From positions 1 through 39,072 of the forward strand of contig CAMAQU010000001.1 of NCBI GenBank assembly GCA_945860425.1: DNA of 39,072 bases, given 5' to 3'. Shown here in pieces: positions 25,948 through 35,747 of this stretch. The stretch's first letter is position 1. Each line of letters starts with the position of its first letter. This DNA is from Sphingomonas paucimobilis (GTDB lineage: Bacteria > Pseudomonadota > Alphaproteobacteria > Sphingomonadales > Sphingomonadaceae). A program made the translations under genes and the position numbers. The notes beneath the pieces are model-generated. The model was not told the origin of the DNA, did no database searches, and saw only the letters and a list, made by a program, of their open reading frames with translations.

Positions 25948-26630
25948 AGCGGTTTTATAAAGAGGTGACGGTTACGGACGAATGTGGGCTGTTGCTCGAT
26001 GGGCGGCCCGTGCGCACGCCGGCGCGCGCCCTGTTGATTCTGCCCAATGCGCGATTGGCCCACCAAGTGGCGGCGGAATGGGCCAATCAGGGCGAGGAGA
26101 TTCTGCCCCAGGCCATGCCGCTGACGGGCCTTGCCAATGCCGCGATCGACCGGGTCGCGCCAGAGCATGGGGCCTTTGCTGCCGGGATGGCCGCTTATGG
26201 GGAAACAGAATTGCTCTGCTATCGCGCAGAAAGTCCGCCAGATCTGATTGCGCGGCAGGCCGAGCGTTGGGACCCGCTGCTCGATTGGGCGCGCAGCCGC
26301 TATGACGTTGACTTCACGCTGGTGGAAGGCGTCATGCATCGACCCCAACCGATGGCGACTGTCCTGCGGCTGGGGGCGGCCGTGGCGGCGGCGTCTGCCG
26401 ATCAATTGGCCGCACTTTCCCCCCTTGTCACGATCAGCGGTTCTCTGGTCATCAGCCTGGCCCTGATGGAAGAGGCGGTCTTACCGGGCGATGCCTTTGA
26501 CTTGGCCCATTTAGATGAGCTTTGGCAGGCCGAGCTTTGGGGCGAGGATGATTGGGCGCTGGACGCCCGGGATGCCCGGCGGCGGGACTTTCTGGCCGCC
26601 TGCCATTTTCTGGAATTGCTCCGCGCTTAA
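25944..26630 (+). CDS. ATP12 family (F1-ATPase assembly) chaperone
   Basis: MKRFYK, LLDGRPVRTP, A.EW..Q, MPLTGLANAAID, LCYRA, LDE.WQ...WG.D. Confidence 0.9.
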   Translation: MKRFYKEVTVTDECGLLLDGRPVRTPARALLILPNARLAHQVAAEWANQGEEILPQAMPLTGLANAAIDRVAPEHGAFAAGMAAYGETELLCYRAESPPDLIARQAERWDPLLDWARSRYDVDFTLVEGVMHRPQPMATVLRLGAAVAAASADQLAALSPLVTISGSLVISLALMEEAVLPGDAFDLAHLDELWQAELWGEDDWALDARDARRRDFLAACHFLELLRA

Positions 26631-27289
26631 TCCTTGGCGGATTTGGCCAAGCTGCGGACAAAGCCGATCAGCCCGGTCTGGCGGCTGCGCTTGAGCCGTT
26701 CGGCGTCCAGGATCGCTTTCACATGGACGAAGCATTGGTCCACATCATCATTGACGAGCACATAATCATAGCCATCCCAATGGCTGATTTCGCTATTTGC
26801 GCGGGCCATACGGCCTGAAATTACCGCATCGCTATCGGTGCCCCGGGCGCGCAAGCGGCGCTCCAACTCATCGAGTGAGGGCGGGAAAATAAACACGCGG
26901 ACAACATCGCCACCCGCCTGCTGGTAGAGCTGTTGTGCGCCCTGCCAATCAATATCGAACAGGACATCGCGTCCTTCTGCCAGGGCCTTTTCCACCGGCG
27001 CACGCGGCGTGCCATAGCGGTTGTCAAAGACATGCGCCCATTCCAGAAAGTCATTGTCGGCCACCATCTGGCGAAAGCCATCGAGGCTGACGAAATGATA
27101 ATCCTTGCCATCCACCTCGCCGGGGCGGGGCGGGCGCGTGGTTGCCGAGACCGACATTTCCAGCCCCGGATCAGACGCCAGAAGTTTGCGCGAAATGGTC
27201 GACTTTCCCGCACCCGAGGGCGAGGAGACAATGAATAATATGCCGCGGCGCTTAAACTTATGCGGGTCTTTGGGGTCGGTTTGGGCCAT
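26627..27289 (-). CDS. gmk: Guanylate kinase
   Basis: SSPSGAGKST, SVSATTR.PRPGEVDGKDYHF, YGTPR, FDIDWQG. Confidence 0.96.
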   Translation of the reverse strand: MAQTDPKDPHKFKRRGILFIVSSPSGAGKSTISRKLLASDPGLEMSVSATTRPPRPGEVDGKDYHFVSLDGFRQMVADNDFLEWAHVFDNRYGTPRAPVEKALAEGRDVLFDIDWQGAQQLYQQAGGDVVRVFIFPPSLDELERRLRARGTDSDAVISGRMARANSEISHWDGYDYVLVNDDVDQCFVHVKAILDAERLKRSRQTGLIGFVRSLAKSAKD

Positions 27290-27319
27290 GGCCGCTCTTG
27301 CAACGGTCCGGCGCGAAGG

Positions 27320-28714
27320 TCAATCTTTCGACGGCATCGCCTCTGGCCGAACCAGTCGATCAAATGTGGCGGCATCGACCAGCCCAAGCGCCAAGGCCGC
27401 TGCGCGCAGGCTGCTGCCCGTTTCATGCGCATGCTTGGCAATTTGCGCCGCTTTGTCATAGCCAATTTCGGGCGCAAGCGCGGTGACCAGCATGAGGGAG
27501 CGATCCACAAGGTCCGCAATGCGCGCGCGATCCGGCTCCAGTCCGGCGATGCAATAGGTGGCAAAGCTGGTCATGCCCGTTGTCAGCAAATCAATGGATC
27601 GCACGATGTTCGCACCAATCATGGGCTTGAACACATTTAACTCCAAATGGCCCTGCAGCCCACCAATGGTCACGGCCTGATGATTGCCCATCACTTGGGC
27701 GGCCACCATGGTCAGCATCTCGCATTGGGTTGGGTTGACTTTGCCCGGCATGATGGAGCTGCCGGGCTCATTTTCCGGCAAGCGCAGCTCCCCAAGTCCG
27801 GCGCGTGGGCCGGACCCTAAGAGGCGGATATCATTGGCAATCTTGGTCAGCGCGACCGACAAAGTGCTGAGCGTGGCGGAGAGATGCACCAGCGGCTCTT
27901 GCCCGGCCAGCGCCTCAAAGGCGTTTTGGGCGGGCGCAAAAGGCTGGCCTGTGATCTGCGCAATCTCCGCGCACATGGCCTGTGCAAAGCCCGGCGGGGC
28001 ATTGAGGCCCGTGCCCACTGCCGTGCCGCCAATGGCCAGCCTATCCGTTCCGGCACTTATGGCCGGTTCAATCCGCTTTGCGCAGCGATAGAGTTGATGG
28101 GCATAGCCCGAAAATTCCTGACCCAGTGTCAGCGGGGTTGCATCCTGCAAATGGGTGCGGCCGATTTTGATGATATCGGCCCAGTCCCGTGCCTTCGCCT
28201 CAAGTGCCGTCTGAAGCGTGTCCAGGGCAGGCAGCAGGCGATGCCGCACGGCGGTTGACGCCGCAATATGCAGCGCGGTTGGAAAGGCATCGTTGGAAGA
28301 TTGGCCTTTATTGACATGATCATTGGGGTGGACAGGGTCTGTCCCGCCACGCTTGCCCGTCAGCACCTCATTGGCGCGCCCGGCAATGACTTCATTGACG
28401 TTCATATTGGTCTGGGTGCCTGATCCTGTTTGCCAGATCACCAACGGAAATTGATCCGCCATGTCGCCGCGTAAAATTTCATGGGCGGCCTGTTCCATCG
28501 CGTCGGCAAGGGGGCCGGGCAAACCATGCGCCCGATTGACGCGGGTGGCGGCGAGTTTGACGATGGTCAGCGCGCGGACAATCTCCATCGGCATCCGCTC
28601 CTGCGGACCAAAGGGGAAATGTTCGAGACTGCGCTGGGTTTGGGCGCCCCAATAGGCCGCTGCAGGAACGGAGATCGGCCCAAAGCTATCGCTTTCGACC
28701 CGCGTCTCGCTCAT
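27320..28714 (-). CDS. fumC: Class II fumarate hydratase
   Basis: WGAQTQRS, WQTGSGTQTNMN.NEV, GRTHLQDATP, GSSIMPGKVNPTQCE. Confidence 0.95.
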   Translation of the reverse strand: MSETRVESDSFGPISVPAAAYWGAQTQRSLEHFPFGPQERMPMEIVRALTIVKLAATRVNRAHGLPGPLADAMEQAAHEILRGDMADQFPLVIWQTGSGTQTNMNVNEVIAGRANEVLTGKRGGTDPVHPNDHVNKGQSSNDAFPTALHIAASTAVRHRLLPALDTLQTALEAKARDWADIIKIGRTHLQDATPLTLGQEFSGYAHQLYRCAKRIEPAISAGTDRLAIGGTAVGTGLNAPPGFAQAMCAEIAQITGQPFAPAQNAFEALAGQEPLVHLSATLSTLSVALTKIANDIRLLGSGPRAGLGELRLPENEPGSSIMPGKVNPTQCEMLTMVAAQVMGNHQAVTIGGLQGHLELNVFKPMIGANIVRSIDLLTTGMTSFATYCIAGLEPDRARIADLVDRSLMLVTALAPEIGYDKAAQIAKHAHETGSSLRAAALALGLVDAATFDRLVRPEAMPSKD

Positions 28715-29190
28715 TTCTTGCGGCCGAAATCCACGGTGACGACGTTGGATCCATCCTCAATCGGGGCAGCCCTCGGCCCATCATTTTCGGCAATGCCGTG
28801 CGCTGGGGCCTCTTCATCATCGGGCACTTGAAAATGCAGGGCGAATTCAACCGCTGGATCCACAAAGGCGGTGATCGCGGCAAACGGAATGCTGAGCTTG
28901 GTCGGGACTTGGCTGAAGGTCAGGCCGACTTCAAAGCCCTGATCATCGACGACCAAATCCCAAAATTTATTTTGGAGAACAACAGTCATCGCATCGGGGA
29001 AGCGCTGCCGCAGATGATCGGGGATCGCAACGCCCGGGGCCTGTGTTTTGAAGGTGATATAAAAATGATGCCCGCCCGGCAAATCCAGATTGGATTGGAT
29101 GCCACTCAATACCCGGCCCACCACGGCGCGCAGCGCCTCTTGGACGATATCATCATAGGGAATCAGGCTGTCGGGCATGTCGTCGGTCAT
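28711..29190 (-). CDS. sspB: Alphaproteobacterial SspB (ClpXP adaptor)
   Basis: I.YD.IVQEALR.VV, LPGGHHFYITFKT, F.DPAV.F.L.F, C-terminal NVVTVDFGRKK. Confidence 0.88.
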   Translation of the reverse strand: MTDDMPDSLIPYDDIVQEALRAVVGRVLSGIQSNLDLPGGHHFYITFKTQAPGVAIPDHLRQRFPDAMTVVLQNKFWDLVVDDQGFEVGLTFSQVPTKLSIPFAAITAFVDPAVEFALHFQVPDDEEAPAHGIAENDGPRAAPIEDGSNVVTVDFGRKK

Positions 29191-29269
29191 AATGATCTAA
29201 CGTTGGACGTTTGGGCATGCGGGGTCAAGCAGTTGCACGCGCGGCGAAGGGCGTTATAGGCCTTTGCCC

Positions 29270-29857
29270 ATGCGAACCGCCACGATTCAGCGCAACACCA
29301 GTGAGACCAAGATCGAGGTCGAGGTCAATCTTGATGGAACCGGCCTCTATGAGGTCTCAACCGGCATCGGCTTTCTCGATCATATGCTGGAGCAATTGTC
29401 GCGCCATTCGCTCATGGATTTGAAGGTGACCACGGTCGGCGACCTGCATGTTGATCAGCACCACACAACCGAAGATACGGGCATTGCCATTGGTGAAGCC
29501 GTGTTGAAGGCGCTGGGCGATAAAAAGGGTATTACCCGTTATGGCCATGCCTATGCGCCGATGGATGAAACGCTGACGCGCTGTGCGCTCGATATTTCGG
29601 GGCGGCCTTGGCTTGTTTTCAAGGCAGAATTTGGCACGCCGCGTCTGGGTGAATGGGATACGGAGCTGATCGAACATTGGTTCCATAGCTTTGCCCAAGC
29701 GGCGGGAATCACCCTTCATATTGAAAATCTCTACGGCACCAATAACCACCACATAGTGGAAAGCTGCTTCAAGGCTTTGGCGCGTGCGCTGCGCGTTGCG
29801 ATGGAGATTGATGGCCGAAAGGCAGACGCCATTCCCTCGACCAAGGGGCGACTGTGA
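29270..29857 (+). CDS. hisB: Imidazoleglycerol-phosphate dehydratase
   Basis: [42 protein letters not shown]. Confidence 0.97.
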   Translation: MRTATIQRNTSETKIEVEVNLDGTGLYEVSTGIGFLDHMLEQLSRHSLMDLKVTTVGDLHVDQHHTTEDTGIAIGEAVLKALGDKKGITRYGHAYAPMDETLTRCALDISGRPWLVFKAEFGTPRLGEWDTELIEHWFHSFAQAAGITLHIENLYGTNNHHIVESCFKALARALRVAMEIDGRKADAIPSTKGRL

Positions 29858-30459
29858 CCCTTGCCCTCATCGATTATGGTGCGGGCAATCTCCAATCGGT
29901 GAGGAATGCGCTGCGGGCGGCGGGAGCAGAAGCGGTCGACGTTACCGCTGATCCGGCTCGGGTGCTGGCGGCAGACCGGATTGTTCTCCCCGGTGTTGGG
30001 GCCTTTGCCCATTGCATGGGGGCGCTGTCGTCCATTCCCGGGATGATTGACGCGCTGAATGAAGCGACGGGCAAAAAGGCCCGCCCCTTTTTAGGCATTT
30101 GCGTGGGCATGCAGTTGATGGCCGAAGCGGGTGAAGAACATGGCCGCCATACAGGGCTGGGCTGGATCAAGGGCAGCGTCCGCCAGATCACGCCTTCTGA
30201 TCCCGCGATCAAAGTGCCGCATATGGGCTGGAACGATGTGGTGCCCGTTGGTGACCACCCGTTGATCCTGCCGGGGGAAGCCTATTTTCTGCACAGCTTT
30301 GCCTTTTCGGGTGATCATGTGCTGGCGCACACCCATCACGGCGCGCCTTTGGTGGCGGCGATTGGCCGGGACAATGTGGCGGGCGTGCAATTTCACCCGG
30401 AAAAAAGCCAGCATTATGGCATCGCCCTTCTCTCCCGCTTTTTGGAGTGGTGCCCGTGA
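29854..30459 (+). CDS. hisH: IGP synthase glutaminase subunit
   Basis: [38 protein letters not shown]. Confidence 0.96.
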   Translation: MTLALIDYGAGNLQSVRNALRAAGAEAVDVTADPARVLAADRIVLPGVGAFAHCMGALSSIPGMIDALNEATGKKARPFLGICVGMQLMAEAGEEHGRHTGLGWIKGSVRQITPSDPAIKVPHMGWNDVVPVGDHPLILPGEAYFLHSFAFSGDHVLAHTHHGAPLVAAIGRDNVAGVQFHPEKSQHYGIALLSRFLEWCP

Positions 30460-31187
30460 GCCTGATCATCTTTCCAGCCATTGACTTGAAGGGCGGCCAG
30501 GTCGTCCGGCTGGCCCAGGGCGATATGGATCGGGCGACGGTCTATGGTGATGACCCCGCAGCACAAGCACATCGCTTTGCCGCGGCGGGTGCTGATCATC
30601 TGCATGTGGTTGATCTGGATGGCAGCTTTGCGGGCCATGCCGTCAATGCCGGGGCGGTCGAATCGGTGGTGCGCGCCTTTCCCGGCCGGGTGCAGCTGGG
30701 CGGGGGCATTCGCAACCGCTCGTCGGTTGATCATTGGCTGGCGCTGGGCATTGCCCGCATCGTCATTGGCACAGCAGCGCTCAAAGACCCGGATTTTGTG
30801 AAGGGCGCGGCGCGCGCCTGCCCTGGCCAGATTGTTGTGGCGGTCGATGCGCGTGATGGCTTTGTCGCAACCGATGGCTGGGCCGAAACCTCTGACATGC
30901 CCGTTGTTGATCTGGCCCGCCGCTTTGAGGATGCCGGGGTTGCTGCCCTTCTTTTCACCGATGTGGGGCGCGATGGCCTTTTGAAAGGCTGCAATGTGGA
31001 GGCGACCATTGCGCTGGCCCGCGCGACTGACATTCCCGTGATCGCCTCAGGCGGTGTCGCGGACATTGGGGATATTCATGCCCTTACCCCGCATGTTGGG
31101 GATGGGATTGAGGGCGTGATTACGGGTCGCGCGCTTTATGATGGGCGGCTTGATCTCGCTGATGCGCTGAAGGTTGCGGCGGCATGA
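30456..31187 (+). CDS. hisA: ProFAR isomerase
   Basis: [47 protein letters not shown]. Confidence 0.96.
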   Translation: MSLIIFPAIDLKGGQVVRLAQGDMDRATVYGDDPAAQAHRFAAAGADHLHVVDLDGSFAGHAVNAGAVESVVRAFPGRVQLGGGIRNRSSVDHWLALGIARIVIGTAALKDPDFVKGAARACPGQIVVAVDARDGFVATDGWAETSDMPVVDLARRFEDAGVAALLFTDVGRDGLLKGCNVEATIALARATDIPVIASGGVADIGDIHALTPHVGDGIEGVITGRALYDGRLDLADALKVAAA

Positions 31188-31951
31188 GCGTGCGCATTCG
31201 CGTCACTCCCTGTCTCGATGTCGCCAATGGCCGCGTTGTGAAGGGTGTAAATTTCGTTGATCTCATTGATGCAGGGGATCCGGTGGAGGCGGCACGCGCA
31301 TATGATGCAGCGGGCGCTGATGAGCTGTGCTTCCTCGATATTACCGCAAGCCATGAAGGACGCGACACGATCCTCGATGTGGTCGCCCGTACAGCAGAAG
31401 TGTGCTTCATGCCTCTCACCGTGGGTGGCGGCGTCCGCACTGCGGACGATGCCCGGGCGCTGTTGCTGGCGGGGGCCGATAAGGTCGCGGTCAACAGTGC
31501 AGCGGTCACACGGCCGGAGCTGGTCGCCGATATTGCCGATCGTTTCGGCAGCCAATGTGTGGTCGCCAGCGTTGATGCCCGTTGGTCGGGCGATCATTGG
31601 GAAGTCTTCACCCATGGCGGACGACAGGCAACCGGCATTGATGCCATTGCCCATGCGCTGCACTTGGCAGATTTGGGGGCGGGCGAGATATTGGTCACCT
31701 CGATGGATCGGGATGGCACGCGCGATGGCTATGATCTCGATCTGATCCGCACGATTGCCGATGCCGTGCGCGTGCCTGTCATTGCCTCTGGCGGGGTTGG
31801 GACGCTCGATCATCTGGTGGAGGGCGTCACCAAAGGTCATGCCAGCGCCGTGCTGGCGGCATCGATCTTTCACTTTGGCGAGGCGACGCTGGGCGATGCG
31901 CATCGCGCGTTGGCGTCCGCTGGCCTTCCTGTTCGTCACCCGGTGGCTTGA
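31184..31951 (+). CDS. hisF: IGP synthase cyclase subunit
   Basis: [53 protein letters not shown]. Confidence 0.97.
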   Translation: MSVRIRVTPCLDVANGRVVKGVNFVDLIDAGDPVEAARAYDAAGADELCFLDITASHEGRDTILDVVARTAEVCFMPLTVGGGVRTADDARALLLAGADKVAVNSAAVTRPELVADIADRFGSQCVVASVDARWSGDHWEVFTHGGRQATGIDAIAHALHLADLGAGEILVTSMDRDGTRDGYDLDLIRTIADAVRVPVIASGGVGTLDHLVEGVTKGHASAVLAASIFHFGEATLGDAHRALASAGLPVRHPVA

Positions 31952-31983
31952 CGCGCCGCACCGCCTGCGCGCACATGGCAGTC

Positions 31984-32301
31984 ATGTCTGACACTCTCAC
32001 CCGTCTGGAAGCCATTATCCACGCCCGCCGTGCGGCTGATCCAACCACATCCTATGTTGCCAAGCTTGCGGCGCGCGGTCGCGGCAAGATCGCCCAAAAA
32101 TTGGGGGAAGAGGCAACAGAAACGGTGATTGCCGCCCTCACCGAAGATAAGACGGCGCTCACCAAAGAAGCGGCCGATCTTGTCTTTCACCTGCTCATGC
32201 TGCTCGCGGATTGCGATGTGTCGATCGCGGATGTGCTGGCGGAGTTGGAGGCGCGCGACGGTGTGTCGGGCCTTGTTGAAAAAGCTGCACGGACGGAGTG
32301 A
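31984..32301 (+). CDS. hisE: Phosphoribosyl-ATP diphosphatase
   Basis: SYVAKL, KLGEEATE..IA, EAADL.FH, R.GVSGL.EKA.R. Confidence 0.95.
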   Translation: MSDTLTRLEAIIHARRAADPTTSYVAKLAARGRGKIAQKLGEEATETVIAALTEDKTALTKEAADLVFHLLMLLADCDVSIADVLAELEARDGVSGLVEKAARTE

Positions 32302-32303
32302 CC

Positions 32304-32681
32304 ATGCCCATTGATGCGCTTGCCCCTTATGATGATCAGAATATCTTTGCGAAAATCCTGCGGGGGGAAATTCCCAACCGCACGGTCTATGAAGATGATT
32401 GGGCACTCGCCTTTCACGACATTAATCCGCAGGCGCCCGTCCATGTGCTCGTCATTCCCAAGGGCGCTTATGTGAGCTGGGATGATTTTTCGGCCAAGGC
32501 AAGCGAGGCCGAAATTGCGGGCTTCATCCGCGCGGTCGGCCATGTATCACGCGAATTGGGTCTTCCTGCCCCCGGATATCGGCTGCTCGCCAATATTGGC
32601 GGCCATGGCCATCAGGAGGTTCCCCACCTCCACATCCATATTTTCGGGGGAAAACAGATGGGTGCAATGCTGCCGCGCTGA
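32304..32681 (+). CDS. HIT-family nucleotide-binding protein (HinT-like)
   Basis: YDDQNIFAKILRGEIP, AFHDI.PQAP.HVLVIPK, QEVPHLHIHI. Confidence 0.92.
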   Translation: MPIDALAPYDDQNIFAKILRGEIPNRTVYEDDWALAFHDINPQAPVHVLVIPKGAYVSWDDFSAKASEAEIAGFIRAVGHVSRELGLPAPGYRLLANIGGHGHQEVPHLHIHIFGGKQMGAMLPR

Positions 32682-32750
32682 TATTTTGTTGCGTGATCTG
32701 CATTAACGCTTAGGTTGCCGACCCAAAGCAGATATCTTTGGGAGAAGTTC

Positions 32751-34232
32751 ATGTTGTTTGGACGCGTGAAACCGCTTGATGCGATTTTGGCGACGGCGGA
32801 GAAAAAATCGCTGACGCGAACGCTGGGCGCGTTGCAGCTCACCATGCTGGGGATTGGCGCCATTATTGGCACCGGCATCTTCGTTCTGACAGCGGCGGCG
32901 GCAGATAAAGCTGGCCCTGCGATGATGATCTCCTTCATTATCGCCGCTATTGTCTGCGGCTTGGCCGCGCTTTGCTATTCTGAACTGGCCGCCATGGTCC
33001 CCGTATCTGGGTCGGCCTATACCTATAGCTACGCGACTTTTGGGGAAATCGTCGCTTGGATCGTGGGTTGGGCGCTGGTGCTGGAATATGCCATTGCCGC
33101 GTCTGCCGTGTCGGTTGGCTGGTCTGGCTATATGGTCAGTCTGGTTGAGGAAGTCTTCAAAACAGACATCCCCAACACCTTTGTGAAGGGGCCGTTTGAT
33201 CCCGTCGGCGTGGGTGAAACCGCGGGGCTGATCAATGTGCCCGCCATGTTGATCGGCCTTGTCTGTATGGCGCTGCTGATCGTCGGGACGAAGGAAAGCG
33301 CGCGCTTCAACGCGGTTCTGGTTGCGATTAAAGTATCCGCACTAGCGCTGTTTCTGGTGCTCGCACTGCCGGCTGTGACCAGCGACAATTTTGCGCCCTT
33401 CATGCCCAATGGCTTTTTTGCCAATGAAGTCCTTGATCCAATCACCAACAACATGGTGACGGTGGGTGTGTCGGCGGCCGCTGCCTCCATTTTCTTTGCC
33501 TATGTTGGCTTTGATGCGGTCTCAACCGCGGCGGAAGAAACAATCAACCCGCAGCGCAATATTCCAATCGGCCTCATCGGCAGCTTGGGCATCTGCACCG
33601 TCATCTATTTGCTGGTCGCGGCAGGCGCAATTGGCACCATCGGTGCGCAGCCGGGCGGGGCCCTGGCGCAATCGGATGATGCTTTGGCCTTTGTCTTGCG
33701 TGAAATCGGCCATGGCTGGGCGGGCGATCTGGTCGCTGTGGCCGCTGGATTGGCTCTGCCGTCCGTCATTTTGATGATGATGTTCGGGCAAACCCGCATC
33801 TTCTTCGTCATGGCGCGTGACGGGCTTTTGCCGGATGTGTTTTCGCGCCTCCACCCCCGCTATGGCACGCCGCATATCGTCACAATGTGCACGGGCGTTT
33901 TTGTGGCGATCTTCGCGGCCTTGTTTCCCGTGGGTAAGCTGGCGGATATTTCCAACTCAGGCACGCTGTTTGCATTTTTCACAGTGGCGCTTGGTGTCAT
34001 GATCTTGCGTCGGACGGATCCCTCGCGGCATCGCCCGTTCCGCACGCCCTTTGTTTGGCTTTTGTGTCCGTTGGCGGCGGCGGGATGCGTGTTCCTGTTC
34101 TTCCAGCTGTCGGGCTATACGGAACTCATGTTCCTTGGCTGGGCGCTGATCGGGCTGGTGGTGTATTTCCTCTATAGCCGCTCGCGCAGCCATGTTGGCC
34201 GCGGCCTGAATGAGGCGCACAAAGCCGACTAA
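32751..34232 (+). CDS. APC-family amino acid permease
   Basis: GIGAIIGTGIFVL, LCYSELA..P.SGSAY.Y, FFAYVGFDAVSTAAEE, RIFF.MARDGLLP. Confidence 0.92.
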   Translation: MLFGRVKPLDAILATAEKKSLTRTLGALQLTMLGIGAIIGTGIFVLTAAAADKAGPAMMISFIIAAIVCGLAALCYSELAAMVPVSGSAYTYSYATFGEIVAWIVGWALVLEYAIAASAVSVGWSGYMVSLVEEVFKTDIPNTFVKGPFDPVGVGETAGLINVPAMLIGLVCMALLIVGTKESARFNAVLVAIKVSALALFLVLALPAVTSDNFAPFMPNGFFANEVLDPITNNMVTVGVSAAAASIFFAYVGFDAVSTAAEETINPQRNIPIGLIGSLGICTVIYLLVAAGAIGTIGAQPGGALAQSDDALAFVLREIGHGWAGDLVAVAAGLALPSVILMMMFGQTRIFFVMARDGLLPDVFSRLHPRYGTPHIVTMCTGVFVAIFAALFPVGKLADISNSGTLFAFFTVALGVMILRRTDPSRHRPFRTPFVWLLCPLAAAGCVFLFFQLSGYTELMFLGWALIGLVVYFLYSRSRSHVGRGLNEAHKAD

Positions 34233-34253
34233 GGATGTGCCGCACACGACATG

Positions 34254-34284
34254 AAAAGGGGAGGCAAAAGCCTCCCCTTTTTTT
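34254..34284. terminator. Bidirectional intrinsic terminator AAAAGGGGAGGC-AAAA-GCCTCCCCTTTTTTT
   Basis: Perfect 12-bp inverted repeat with A and T tracts between convergent genes. Confidence 0.9.
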
Positions 34285-34305
34285 ATCCTACCAAAGAGAT
34301 TGATG

Positions 34306-35301
34306 TTAGCCGAGGCGCGCGGCAACAAGCGCCCGCAAATCCGCCTCTGGCCGGGGGCCGTAATGCGAAATAATCTCCGCTGCACAAATGGCGCCCATGG
34401 TGAGGCAGTCTGCAAGCGAACGCCCTTCGGCCCGACCCGTTAAAAAGCCTGCGGCAAAGAGATCGCCCGCCCCGGTGGTATCGACCACCTTGTCCACGGG
34501 TTCGGCAGGCACATCGGCCCGCTCACCGCCGGATATGGCAAGTGCGCCCTCTTCACTGCGGGTGACGACCAGCGTTTCCACGAGAGGCGCGGCAGCGGCC
34601 ACGGCTGCTTCCAAATCATCATTGCCCATCAGCGTGCGGATTTCCCCATCATTGGCAAAGAGAATATCGATCTTCCCTTCGGCCAGAAGCGCGCGGAAAT
34701 CATCGCCATGCCGATCAATCACGAAATTGTCAGACAAGGTGAAGGCGACCTTGCGGCCCGCGCCACGCGCTATGGCAATGGCTTCCCGCATGGCGGCGCG
34801 CGGCTCTTCAGGATCCCACAAATAGCCTTCAAGATAGAGAATGCTGGCTTGCTCGATCATGCTGCGATCCAGCGCTTGGGCAGGCAGATATTGGGATGCG
34901 CCCAAAAAAGTGTTCATCGTACGCTGCCCATCGGGCGTGACGAAGATGAGGCATTGGGCCGTGGGCGGCTCTTCGCCCCGCATCGGTGTTGAAAAGGCTA
35001 CACCCAGCGCGCGAATATCATGCGAAAAGACTTTGCCGAACTGATCATCGGCGACTTGCCCGATAAAGCCACATCTGCGGCCAAGGGCGGCCATGCCGGC
35101 AATGGTGTTTGCCGCAGACCCGCCGCTGACTTCATGAGCGGAGCCCATTTTCGCGTAGAGGGCGTCTGCGCGCGGGGCATCGACCAATTGCATTCCGCCT
35201 TTGGTCAGGCCTTCGGCGACGATTAGATCGTCTTTGGCGGCGGCGATGATATCAACAATGGCATTGCCGACGGCAACAACATCCAGCTGGGCATTGGTCA
35301 C
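34306..35301 (-). CDS. PfkB-family (adenosine kinase-like) kinase
   Basis: GNAIVD, SGGSAANT, RTMNTFLGAS, YLEGYLWD, signature DTTGAGDLFAAGF; GTG start 35301. Confidence 0.9.
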   Translation of the reverse strand: MTNAQLDVVAVGNAIVDIIAAAKDDLIVAEGLTKGGMQLVDAPRADALYAKMGSAHEVSGGSAANTIAGMAALGRRCGFIGQVADDQFGKVFSHDIRALGVAFSTPMRGEEPPTAQCLIFVTPDGQRTMNTFLGASQYLPAQALDRSMIEQASILYLEGYLWDPEEPRAAMREAIAIARGAGRKVAFTLSDNFVIDRHGDDFRALLAEGKIDILFANDGEIRTLMGNDDLEAAVAAAAPLVETLVVTRSEEGALAISGGERADVPAEPVDKVVDTTGAGDLFAAGFLTGRAEGRSLADCLTMGAICAAEIISHYGPRPEADLRALVAARLG

Positions 35302-35420
35302 AGAAAATCCCCCGATGACAAGAATGAGCCGCGCGCTATCGGCTCTGCGCTTCGCTTGCAACCTCTATGTAGACGAACAAAGGGCTATCCTCAGTGGGAG
35401 AGCGAGACTAACGAACGGGC

Positions 35421-35747
35421 ATGAGCATGGAGCGACAAGGCCTGATAGCAGTGATTTTTGCTGCACAACGCACAAGCGAAGATGAGGCAGGATACCAAAA
35501 GGCCGCCGCCGACATGGTGGCATTGGCCGAGCGTCAGCCCGGCTTTCAGGGGCTTCGCTCTACCCGGGGGGCAGATGGCTTTGGTATCACGGTCAGCTAT
35601 TGGGCTGATGAAGCGGCGGCCAAGGCTTGGCGCGACCACCCCGATCATGCCGCCATTCGCGATCTTGGCCGTGCCCGCTGGTATCGACACTATAGTCTCG
35701 ATATTGCGACACTAGACCGCAGCTATGATTGGACGCGCAATGGTTGA
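35421..35747 (+). CDS. Antibiotic biosynthesis monooxygenase (ABM) family protein
   Basis: AVIF, QPGF.G..S.R..DGFGITVSYW..E.A..AW..HP.H...R..GR..WY. Confidence 0.85.
   Translation: MSMERQGLIAVIFAAQRTSEDEAGYQKAAADMVALAERQPGFQGLRSTRGADGFGITVSYWADEAAAKAWRDHPDHAAIRDLGRARWYRHYSLDIATLDRSYDWTRNG

Noticed and set aside
29191-29269. His leader peptide or attenuator
   Set aside because: No His-codon run or terminator. The 79-bp gap holds only divergent promoter-like elements for sspB and hisB.
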